A stretch of 64,000 nt of DNA from a virus (lineage: Duplodnaviria > Heunggongvirae > Uroviricota > Caudoviricetes). The notes under the pieces were generated by a model. It was not told the DNA's origin. It did no database searches and saw nothing but the letters and a program-made list of their open reading frames with translations. The stretch is from IMG/VR virus record IMGVR_UViG_3300044640_001538, one strand, 5' to 3'. Of this stretch, positions 46,482 through 55,229 are shown piece after piece (the stretch's first letter is position 1; the number at the start of each line of letters is the position of its first letter). Made by a program: the position numbers and the translations under genes.

Positions 46482-48206
46482 ATGAGTTTCTTTTCAAATC
46501 AAAACTTACAAATGAATGGTGCATCCGTTATAGGATTCGACGCTATTAAGAAAGATGAAGCGAGTTTATTGGTTGCCCAACAAGGTTTCCAAGATGCATC
46601 GACTTTATCTAGTTTCATAGAGCTAGACCCTATGAAGAACATGCTTTTAATGGAAAGCGCATGGGACAAAAAAGTAGTTAAGAGAGTTTCTTTCGCAGAT
46701 TCAATCTATAGAGACGCTGTTTCAAGCAACGCTGTATTAGAAGTAAACGGACAAGATGGAGGTTTCCGCTACAAAATGGCTATCGAAACAGACAACTGCA
46801 TGAAAACAGTAGAAGATTCTTCTTCTCAAGCAGCAGATGGATATGTAGGAGCTGACGGAACATCTTTCAGAATCGTTTTAAACAAACAACTTTCTCCATT
46901 TACACCAATCTCTTGTGATATGGCATTTGGTGATGTTCTTATCGTTGATGACCAAGAAGTAACATTCTTAGGATACGGATTTGAGCACTGGGTTAAATTA
47001 GTAGGTTCTGAAGAAGACCGTTCTAAAGTTTATCCAGCATCTTTATTACAAAATGATGTAATGTACAAAGAAGTTGCAAGTTCATACATTGCTGAATACT
47101 CTGAAAAATTAGCTAAAGTTCACTTACCAAGCGGAACTTCTTACCTAGAATGTGAATTCAAATTAGGAAGTGGTCAAGGGGTTGAAACTTGGTTTACAGG
47201 TAAAGCAGACAGTGTTAAACTATTACCAGGTTATACAACAGCAGATACAGAAAATTATTTGAAAGAAATTCAAATGATGGGTATGGACGCAGATGCAGAA
47301 GTTATTGCTTCAGTTGCACAAGTAGGAAACAGAACTATTACAACTATTGCTAACTTATTAGAAATGTTGGCTATCAAACACTTCAACGAAAAATTCAATA
47401 CTTCGTTAATGTTTATGGTTGGAGCAAAAATCGCTACATCAAAAGGTTCTTTAGAATTCAATGAAGGATTATGGAGACAAATGAGACGTGGTAGAATTGT
47501 AACTTACAACAAAAAAGGTGGAGCTGAATTATCAGATTTACAAACTGTAAGAAACTACGTTCACAAATATAATAATTCAAGAGTAGAAGATACATATTTA
47601 CGTATGAAAGCTGGTTCTGAATTATATGACAATTTAGAAAGAATTATCCAACAACACGCTTTCCAACAAGTTACTAACTTAGCACCATTATTAGGTCAAG
47701 ATAGAGTTGTTGAGCAACGTTTTGTAACAGGACAATTAGATGCTTTATCAGTAGGATTAGTTAGATTCAAAGATGCTTACTTACCAGGAATTGGTAAATT
47801 CGAGGCAATCAGAGATACTACTTTAGACTATGTAAGTGGAGCAGATGTTCGTAGAAGAGGTAACAACCCAGGTGGAAAAGACCATACTACTTACTCTGGT
47901 ATTATTTGGGACGTAACAGACCAAATGTATTCTAACAACGCAACATTACCAGAAGGTACTACAGCAGTTGGTGGAGAAACTACAGCACGTCAAAACGTTT
48001 ATTTAGTACGTCCAGAAAGAAATGCAGTTGTTTGGGGTAGAGAGAATGGTAGATATAATTCTCAAAAAGCTTCAGATATCATTGCATCTTCTAAAACAAT
48101 GCATGAATCATTCTTCATGTACGGATTTGGAGCTATGTGGTTAACAGACCCTTCTAAATTTGTAATGTTAGAATTAAAAGAGCGTTACGGTTCAATCGTA
48201 AAGTAA
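46482..48206 (+). CDS. major structural protein (candidate major capsid protein)
   Basis: Follows the scaffold; followed by a strong terminator, suggesting high expression. Confidence 0.4.
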   Translation: MSFFSNQNLQMNGASVIGFDAIKKDEASLLVAQQGFQDASTLSSFIELDPMKNMLLMESAWDKKVVKRVSFADSIYRDAVSSNAVLEVNGQDGGFRYKMAIETDNCMKTVEDSSSQAADGYVGADGTSFRIVLNKQLSPFTPISCDMAFGDVLIVDDQEVTFLGYGFEHWVKLVGSEEDRSKVYPASLLQNDVMYKEVASSYIAEYSEKLAKVHLPSGTSYLECEFKLGSGQGVETWFTGKADSVKLLPGYTTADTENYLKEIQMMGMDADAEVIASVAQVGNRTITTIANLLEMLAIKHFNEKFNTSLMFMVGAKIATSKGSLEFNEGLWRQMRRGRIVTYNKKGGAELSDLQTVRNYVHKYNNSRVEDTYLRMKAGSELYDNLERIIQQHAFQQVTNLAPLLGQDRVVEQRFVTGQLDALSVGLVRFKDAYLPGIGKFEAIRDTTLDYVSGADVRRRGNNPGGKDHTTYSGIIWDVTDQMYSNNATLPEGTTAVGGETTARQNVYLVRPERNAVVWGRENGRYNSQKASDIIASSKTMHESFFMYGFGAMWLTDPSKFVMLELKERYGSIVK

Positions 48207-48218
48207 TATAAAAAGAAG

Positions 48219-48251
48219 ACACCTCCTCTTTAATTAGGGGAGGGTGTTTTT
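48219..48251 (+). terminator. rho-independent terminator
   Basis: ACACCTCC...GGAGGGTGT hairpin followed by TTTT. Confidence 0.6.
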
Positions 48252-48286
48252 AAAGAAATAAAAACCAAAACCAAAAAAAGAGAAAA

Positions 48287-49249
48287 ATGGCAGTAGCTAA
48301 AAAACCAGAAAAACTTATCATTGGTAACACTACCATAGAGATAGGAAAAAAATACTTGATTGATAATAAATTTGACGCATCAGCGCCAGACGGGATGAAA
48401 GCAATCAAAGCAACAAAATTCCCAATGAGAGAAAATGACACATTAGGTTGTGTCTATTATGATGAAATTTCTAATCAGTACGATACAGGTTTGTACGATT
48501 ATAGTAGATGCTTAAACAGATTACTTCCAGAGCAAGCTAGAGAAAGAGTAGCCATTTATAAAAAGCATATTAAAACGCCCTTTGAAAATTTAAGAAATGT
48601 AGATTTAGAGCCAAAAGCAAATAACGATTTTTGGAAAAACTATAGATACACTATCTTTGCAAACAAAGAGTTTGATACTAATAACGTCAGCGATTTATTT
48701 GATTTGTTCAATGCCTTAATGCAAGGTGATATTTGTAACGAAGACGAAAGAGACCCGATGTACAGACAAAATGCTATGTTTACTATTACTAATCCAGCAG
48801 AGGTTAAAGATAGAAGTAAAAACAACAGCAAGAAAAGAATGCAGACTATGATTATTTTCAATGAAATGGTCGACGCAAACAGAGAAAAAGTAGATAACAT
48901 TTTAAGTTATATCAATAGAGGTAACTCTAGTAAAATTGAAGACGAAGAATTGAAATTAATTTACTTTGACGTTATCAAGCATGAAAAAACTGGAATCGAT
49001 TTTGTTGACAGATTTACAGAAGCTTGTGAAAAATACGAAACGCCTAATGGAGAATTAGAAATGGAATACTTCTCAATGGTTCAATTACTTTTAACTAAAA
49101 ACTTAATTAAGAAAGTAGGAAGTAAGTATACAACAATTAACGACAACGTATTCCTAGGAAACAGTCCACAAGATATTGCAAAATTCTGTATTAACAAAGA
49201 AAGTGAACAACACAAAATAATTTCAGAACTTGTAGACAAGTTAAATTAA
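48287..49249 (+). CDS. hypothetical structural-module protein
   Basis: ORF in track. Confidence 0.4.
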   Translation: MAVAKKPEKLIIGNTTIEIGKKYLIDNKFDASAPDGMKAIKATKFPMRENDTLGCVYYDEISNQYDTGLYDYSRCLNRLLPEQARERVAIYKKHIKTPFENLRNVDLEPKANNDFWKNYRYTIFANKEFDTNNVSDLFDLFNALMQGDICNEDERDPMYRQNAMFTITNPAEVKDRSKNNSKKRMQTMIIFNEMVDANREKVDNILSYINRGNSSKIEDEELKLIYFDVIKHEKTGIDFVDRFTEACEKYETPNGELEMEYFSMVQLLLTKNLIKKVGSKYTTINDNVFLGNSPQDIAKFCINKESEQHKIISELVDKLN

Positions 49250-49255
49250 TAACAG

Positions 49256-49912
49256 ATGACAATAGAACAAGCAAAAGAGAGATACCTAATAAAGTCGGAA
49301 AAGAACGGAACTAATGATGGTATAACTGTAGATAATTTAAGATTTTGCTTGATATTTAATGAAAGTCAGAACAAGTTTGTGACACTTCATTTACAAAATA
49401 GAGGTATAGATGATGTAAGGTATATTCAAAAATTTTTAGTCTTAGACAAAAAAATACCTTACACATCGAAAACTCAAGACAAGTACAACTTTAAATTACC
49501 GAGTGATTACTTTGATTTAGCAGATGTTCGAGCAAAAGCTAAAAAAGAAAATTGCGAAGACACAATGTATTTATTTGAAATACAAACAGAAAACCTTTCT
49601 GAAATACTACAAGACGAGTTTAATAAACCGTCATTTGAATGGAGAGAAGCGCCTTACACAGTAAACTCTGACATGTTATCAATCTACACAGATAACTTCT
49701 CCATACAAACAATACTCTTAAATTATTATCGTTACCCAAATCAAATTAGATTAATTGATGAAGAAAACCCAGAATCTGGTTTTGACGAATCTTTACCAAT
49801 AGAATGGGACGACAAATCTCTAAATGATATTATATCTCTTATGGTAGCAAATTTAGATATGAACGAAAATAATCCAAGATTTCAAACAAACATAATAAGA
49901 ACACAAAAATAA
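49256..49912 (+). CDS. hypothetical structural-module protein
   Basis: ORF in track. Confidence 0.4.
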   Translation: MTIEQAKERYLIKSEKNGTNDGITVDNLRFCLIFNESQNKFVTLHLQNRGIDDVRYIQKFLVLDKKIPYTSKTQDKYNFKLPSDYFDLADVRAKAKKENCEDTMYLFEIQTENLSEILQDEFNKPSFEWREAPYTVNSDMLSIYTDNFSIQTILLNYYRYPNQIRLIDEENPESGFDESLPIEWDDKSLNDIISLMVANLDMNENNPRFQTNIIRTQK

Positions 49913-49942
49913 TAAATTAACAATCAAAATTAAATTTAAACT

Positions 49943-51661
49943 ATGCCACATTCAACAATTAACAAACCTTTAGTAGTATATAAAGGGGCAGTAAAAACAG
50001 ACGGAGGAGCAGCAAACTTAGCAAAAGGGCAATTAGCTTTTGTATTAGATAAAGCAACAGCTGGCGAAGGAGCCAAAGTTGTATCTAACTTCGCAACATT
50101 AAAAGGAAGTGATAGAATCGCTATCCGTGTAGGTAGAAATCAATTACCTGCAAACTTACGTGATAAACACGCACCTTACTACCAAACTGACTATTTCAGA
50201 TTAGATAGTATTGTTAACATTAAAGCAAACGCTCCAAAAGTAAACAAATTAAAAGTAGATGAATTTTTAATTGGTTATGACGGACTTGATGCAGACAAAG
50301 CATTATTTATTCCAGAAGGAAAATCTGCAAAATTTGAATTCGTTTTATACGGATTTCCAGTAGAAGCAGAATTTGGAGAAGAAATGCACTATGTAGAAGT
50401 TAGAGCTTCAAGAAAAGAAGGTCAAACTATGCAAGAAGTTATTCAAAATGTAGTTAAAGAATTAAACGATTATACTGTACCACGTTCTCGTAAGAAATTA
50501 TCTGAGTATGTAGACGTAAAAGTTGTAGATAGCTCTAACGACCCTTTAACAGGAACAGCTTGGATTACATCTACAATCGAAGTTTCTGACGAAGGTACTT
50601 CTAATGATTTAGCAGAAGTTCAAGCACAATACAACGGATATAAAGTAGTTAGAACAGAAAGAGAAGGAACAACTTCTACTTATTCTATCTTACACTTAGT
50701 TGCAGATGCTTTGGACCCTTACGTACAACAAGTTAACACAACTTATGTAAAAGACTGTGAAGAGTGTAAAGAAGGATTTACAGAAATTGAAGCAGAAGGT
50801 TTAGACACAGTTTGTAACAAAAAAGTAGAAACTGAATTCGAGTGGGTTGATGGAGCAACTTGTAACGCTAAAACAAGAACTTACAAATTACAATTAAAAG
50901 ATAACGATTGTGGAGAAACTCGTTTAGCAGAATTACAAGCTTACTACCCAGAATTAACAATTACAGAAACTGCAACAGTTGGTGGATGTCAAAGAGTTTA
51001 TTCAACTACTGTAGTAACAAACATTGTTTGTGATGAGTGTGACGATATCTTCTTACAACCTTTCTATGCAGAAGCTCCAGCAGAATTCAACGGAACTTAC
51101 TGGAAAGCAGACCCAATCGTTTATTCTGATGATGCTATGATGGGAATTGTAGTAAAAGGAAAACCTTATTTAATCAATCCACAAGATTATGCTAAAGACC
51201 AAATTCCTTTCGTAGAAACTTCAACTAAAATTCGTTCAGCTTCATTTGGAGTTAGAGAAATGGATTACTTGAACTTTACACCAGCTTATGACGTTGATAC
51301 AGAATTTGCAAACGTACTTCAAATTTCTCAATCAGAAGATGTAAATAATCTATCTCACAAAATGTTTGGATACGAAGAAATGTCAAGAGTTCACTATTTA
51401 GGAGAAGCAAGACATAAAGATAACTTGTTCGCAAGAACTAATTTAGGAGAAGAAAGTTTATTAGACTATAACAAACGTTTAATTACTTACCATATCTCTT
51501 ACCAAGATACAAGATTATCTCAAGCAGCAGGTGGAAGAAGTAATATCACTCACGAAGTACCTTTAATCGTAGAAGAAGGATACCACGTTGCAATCGAAAC
51601 TTTAATCAATGCTTTAGCAACTAAAGTAGGATTAGATAACGTAAACCCAACAGCAGAGTAA
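49943..51661 (+). CDS. second abundant structural protein (candidate tail sheath or alternative capsid protein)
   Basis: 572 aa; followed by a perfect terminator. Confidence 0.4.
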   Translation: MPHSTINKPLVVYKGAVKTDGGAANLAKGQLAFVLDKATAGEGAKVVSNFATLKGSDRIAIRVGRNQLPANLRDKHAPYYQTDYFRLDSIVNIKANAPKVNKLKVDEFLIGYDGLDADKALFIPEGKSAKFEFVLYGFPVEAEFGEEMHYVEVRASRKEGQTMQEVIQNVVKELNDYTVPRSRKKLSEYVDVKVVDSSNDPLTGTAWITSTIEVSDEGTSNDLAEVQAQYNGYKVVRTEREGTTSTYSILHLVADALDPYVQQVNTTYVKDCEECKEGFTEIEAEGLDTVCNKKVETEFEWVDGATCNAKTRTYKLQLKDNDCGETRLAELQAYYPELTITETATVGGCQRVYSTTVVTNIVCDECDDIFLQPFYAEAPAEFNGTYWKADPIVYSDDAMMGIVVKGKPYLINPQDYAKDQIPFVETSTKIRSASFGVREMDYLNFTPAYDVDTEFANVLQISQSEDVNNLSHKMFGYEEMSRVHYLGEARHKDNLFARTNLGEESLLDYNKRLITYHISYQDTRLSQAAGGRSNITHEVPLIVEEGYHVAIETLINALATKVGLDNVNPTAE

Positions 51662-51679
51662 ATTATAAATCTTAAATAC

Positions 51680-51707
51680 GGGGGAGTTAATTCTCCCCCT
51701 TTTTTTA
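51680..51707 (+). terminator. rho-independent terminator (GGGGGAG-TTAATT-CTCCCCC plus T8)
   Basis: Perfect 7-bp GC stem plus a U-tract. Confidence 0.8.
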
Positions 51708-51710
51708 GCT

Positions 51711-52022
51711 ATGAAAGAATTAATTAACAGATTATTCTCAAAAACACCAAAATTCTTTAGAGTTATCAGAAATATAGCATTATCTTTGATAGCTTTAGCT
51801 TTTTTTGTGAAAGGTATTTCATCTAATGGATTTGAAGTACCTAAATTATTAAAAATGATTGTTGATTTTTACACTATAAACGAAGCGCTTTTAGTTGTAT
51901 TATTAACTCAGCTTACAAAAATTTGGAAAGATGAAGAAGGAAATGTAGTGAATGATAAACCAGCTACTTCTAATAAAACAATCAATCCAGACACAAAACC
52001 AAACCCAAAAACCAAATTTTAA
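51711..52022 (+). CDS. holin-like membrane protein (2 TM)
   Basis: TM segments IALSLIALAFFV and ALLVVLLTQL; first gene of the lysis cassette. Confidence 0.45.
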   Translation: MKELINRLFSKTPKFFRVIRNIALSLIALAFFVKGISSNGFEVPKLLKMIVDFYTINEALLVVLLTQLTKIWKDEEGNVVNDKPATSNKTINPDTKPNPKTKF

Positions 52023-52407
52023 CAAGTTGAAAAATTTACTGATTATAATTTCTTTTATAATTTGGGTAGGTAGTTCACATATATGTGACTATTTTTACCC
52101 AACAAACTCCGAATACGATATAAATGGGTATTGGGAACTGAAGAAAATACTATATTCGGTAATAATATTTTTATTGCTTGTCTTTATTGACAAACTAAAA
52201 AACTTCATTTCTATTATATTCGTAGCCTACGTCGTAGAAGATATCACCGATAGACTTTTCGGCACAACAAAATTTGAATGGAATGATTTGTTAGTTTTAA
52301 TAACAACCCTAATCATAATAACTATTAAAACATATAAATATGCTAACAGCAATAAAGATACTATTTTTTACAACAATAACTATTTTAGGAATAAAAGAAA
52401 TGAATAA
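51952..52407 (+). CDS. membrane protein (multi-TM; start uncertain, ATG 51952 overlaps the previous gene by 71 nt, or TTG 52027)
   Basis: Hydrophobic helices LLIIISFIIWVG, ILYSVIIFLLLVFI, ISIIFVAYVV, LLVLITTLIIITI. Confidence 0.4.
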   Translation: MINQLLLIKQSIQTQNQTQKPNFNKLKNLLIIISFIIWVGSSHICDYFYPTNSEYDINGYWELKKILYSVIIFLLLVFIDKLKNFISIIFVAYVVEDITDRLFGTTKFEWNDLLVLITTLIIITIKTYKYANSNKDTIFYNNNYFRNKRNE

Positions 52408-52651
52408 AGATTTTTTACTAGATTTGGCGGAAAGCCCTTTCAGATACCTTGCAGGATTGACAACAGGATTATTTACATTTTTTAACATACCTGTAACTAT
52501 TATAGATAACATTTGGGTGGAGAATTTTATTAAAATGGGATTTGGTATAGTAACAGCGTCAATTTCTACAATTGTAATTTTTGCCACAAAAAGATTATTA
52601 AGTAAATTCGACAAAAAATCCAAAGATGAAGACCAAGGAGATAATAACTAA
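52340..52651 (+). CDS. membrane protein (lysis-cassette component; holin/spanin candidate)
   Basis: TM helices ILFFTTITILGI, GLTTGLFTFF, GIVTASISTIVIFA. Confidence 0.4.
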   Translation: MLTAIKILFFTTITILGIKEMNKDFLLDLAESPFRYLAGLTTGLFTFFNIPVTIIDNIWVENFIKMGFGIVTASISTIVIFATKRLLSKFDKKSKDEDQGDNN

Positions 52652-53090
52652 ATATGGAAAACCTAGCACTACAGGCGAAGGTTATTTAGTTACAATACAA
52701 TTACCATATCCTATGCGAATAGCTTGGGATACAGACACTACAGTTAGTAAAATGAGGTGTCACAAATTAGTAGCAGATAGATTTTTAGCAGTTTTTAATG
52801 AACTCATGAGAGTTTACGGTTACGAAAAAATTAAAGAATTAGGTATAGACTTATTTGGCGGATGTTTCAATTTCAGAAAAATGCGACAAGCAAATGAGTG
52901 GAGCACACACTCTTGGGCTATTGCAATAGATTTAGACCCAGCAAGAAACGGAATGAACACAGTAAAAGCAAAAGCACAATTTGGAAAACCAGAATACAAA
53001 CCTATGTTAGACATATTTAAAAAACACGGTTTTGAATGGGGAGGAGATTTATGGGGAAAAGATTGTATGCATTTTCAAACAAAATACTAA
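52626..53090 (+). CDS. endolysin, peptidase M15 family (zinc D-Ala-D-Ala carboxypeptidase / L-Ala-D-Glu peptidase-like)
   Basis: STHSWAIAIDLD (SxHxxGxAxD-type zinc motif) and C-terminal DCMHF (DxxH). Confidence 0.7.
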   Translation: MKTKEIITKYGKPSTTGEGYLVTIQLPYPMRIAWDTDTTVSKMRCHKLVADRFLAVFNELMRVYGYEKIKELGIDLFGGCFNFRKMRQANEWSTHSWAIAIDLDPARNGMNTVKAKAQFGKPEYKPMLDIFKKHGFEWGGDLWGKDCMHFQTKY

Positions 53091-53102
53091 AAATAAAAAT
53101 TT

Positions 53103-53693
53103 ATGCAAACAGTAATACAAGATTATTTTAACGGACTTTGTTGTACAGAAATACCACCAGTAACCTACAACTTTGACGTGGATAGTTCAGATTGGGCAGG
53201 AGCAGGGATTACGAATAAAGCAACTTTTGAAAGTGTTTTAGGTGTTACAACAGACCAATTCTTATTAGCTGGTAATAATATTCAAGCTAATATTTTAACT
53301 GGTGGTTATTACTTAATTTTAAATAATAGAAATATAACAAATGTAAACTATATAACATATAATGGAATTTATCATTTAGGTATAACTAATAATCCAATGA
53401 TTACATTTAATCCTACTTTACCATTACATAATAACTTATCTCACTTACATTTAAACGGTAACCAAATAGTTACATTTAACCCTAGTATTCCATTACCTAA
53501 TAGTTTAGCCACTTTAAATCTAGAAGGGAACCAAATGACAACAGTAGGTTACACAGCTTCAGAACCTTGGGCAAATACTTTACATACCGCACCAAGCGGA
53601 GGTGAAGTAATTTTTAATTTAAACACCAACTCCGTATCAGGAACAAATTTAGAAACAATCCTAGCCTTAAAAGGTTGGACAGTAAACGTATAA
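53103..53693 (+). CDS. leucine-rich-repeat (LRR) protein
   Basis: Tandem LxxLxLxxNxI units: LPLHNNLSHLHLNGNQIVTFNPSIPLPNSLATLNLEGNQMTTV. Confidence 0.45.
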   Translation: MQTVIQDYFNGLCCTEIPPVTYNFDVDSSDWAGAGITNKATFESVLGVTTDQFLLAGNNIQANILTGGYYLILNNRNITNVNYITYNGIYHLGITNNPMITFNPTLPLHNNLSHLHLNGNQIVTFNPSIPLPNSLATLNLEGNQMTTVGYTASEPWANTLHTAPSGGEVIFNLNTNSVSGTNLETILALKGWTVNV

Positions 53694-53696
53694 AAA

Positions 53697-54233
53697 ATGG
53701 CAGAAGTAGGACAAATACACATTGATTTTTATGTTTTAGAGACAGGTAGTCCTATGACAATATCTATTTATGATAATAGCGATTGGATATATGCCGAAAA
53801 CTTACCATCATATTTGGTTATAAAAGTGCCTGGCTCAAAAAAAGATAAAAACTTCACATTTAAAAAGAATGCAATAAACACCTTAAATTCTCACAATTTA
53901 GGGTTATCTTGCTTAAAAGGAGATTGTACAGAAGAAGAGTATGTAGAATTACCAGATGGAATATACACAATAACTTTAAAATCGGGTTATGAAGGTATAG
54001 AAGAAACGAAATACTATTTAAAAACAGATAAGTTTGAATTAGATTTCGCCAAAAAAATTAAAGAGAAAGGTTTAGAATACAATGATAAACTTTTTATAGA
54101 TGAAATGTTAAAAATGCAATGGTTAGTAACAGTAGCTAAAAACTATACAAAGTTAGGTGATTGGCAAAGTGCTGACAAATTTTTTACAGAGGCACAAAAT
54201 AAATTAAATAAAAAGTGCAATGGGTCAAATTAG
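53697..54233 (+). CDS. hypothetical protein
   Basis: ORF in track. Confidence 0.4.
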   Translation: MAEVGQIHIDFYVLETGSPMTISIYDNSDWIYAENLPSYLVIKVPGSKKDKNFTFKKNAINTLNSHNLGLSCLKGDCTEEEYVELPDGIYTITLKSGYEGIEETKYYLKTDKFELDFAKKIKEKGLEYNDKLFIDEMLKMQWLVTVAKNYTKLGDWQSADKFFTEAQNKLNKKCNGSN

Positions 54234-54391
54234 CATCGCAAAAAACACAGTAAATCAAAAAGATTACATTGATAAATTAATGAGTTTAGCTGAAGATTGG
54301 TATCTATTTGAAAAATTCAGAATAGGGCAAGAATTAGATTTAGACAAATTAAAACACACAATGTTAATAACAAATATAATTTGCAAATAAT

Positions 54392-55210
54392 ATGGATTCA
54401 TTATTACAAGAGTACCTAAATAATCCAACGTGTACAGAATCTGCTTGTGCGCAAGGACCACAAGGAGAACAAGGTATACAAGGACTGGCTGGTTTTGAAT
54501 GGGATACAACAAGAATAGGTGCAAAACAATACGTTATAGGCGATATTGTAAACTATTCTGGAGGTTACTATATTTGTATTGCTAACAACGATGCCATAGT
54601 TCCTACATCTTCTTTAGGGGTGTATTGGAATGCATATTCGTTTGTAGGTCCTCAAGGAATACAAGGATTAACAGGAGCACAAGGACCTACGGGACCTCAA
54701 GGTGTAGCAGGACCAGTTGGACCAGCAGGATTAGAGTGGAATAGTTCTTGGGTATCTGGAGCATCTTATGTAGAAAACGATGCTGTAGGATATAACGGCG
54801 CGTCTTACTTTTGTATTCAAGCAACTAGCGGAACAATTGCTCCAAACCTAGACACAGCTAATTGGGCTTTACTTGCCTCTCAAGGGTCTCAAGGACCTAC
54901 GGGACCACAAGGTATACAAGGACCTCAAGGAGCATCTAGCGTACCAGTTTTAGAAGAAAAAACAGCAACAGGAACAGTTGTACCAACAAGCTCAAAGTAC
55001 ACAGAAGTAGTAACAACGAGTTCTATAACTAGAACATTACCAACACCAACTGTAGCTTTAAAAGGATATATAGTAAATATAAAAAACGGAAGCTCTGGAA
55101 TAGTTTCTATTTCTGGACATATTGATAATGTGGCAGGATTTTTATTAACACAATCCTCTTTAACAAACTATCAGTTTCAATGTAGTGGTACAACTTGGTG
55201 GATTATTTAA
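54392..55210 (+). CDS. collagen-like repeat tail fibre protein
   Basis: Gly-X-Y tracts GPQGEQGIQGLAG, GPQGIQGLTGAQGPTGPQGVAGPVGPAGL, GSQGPTGPQGIQGPQGA. Confidence 0.6.
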   Translation: MDSLLQEYLNNPTCTESACAQGPQGEQGIQGLAGFEWDTTRIGAKQYVIGDIVNYSGGYYICIANNDAIVPTSSLGVYWNAYSFVGPQGIQGLTGAQGPTGPQGVAGPVGPAGLEWNSSWVSGASYVENDAVGYNGASYFCIQATSGTIAPNLDTANWALLASQGSQGPTGPQGIQGPQGASSVPVLEEKTATGTVVPTSSKYTEVVTTSSITRTLPTPTVALKGYIVNIKNGSSGIVSISGHIDNVAGFLLTQSSLTNYQFQCSGTTWWII

Positions 55211-55229
55211 CAACAAATAAAAAAATAAA

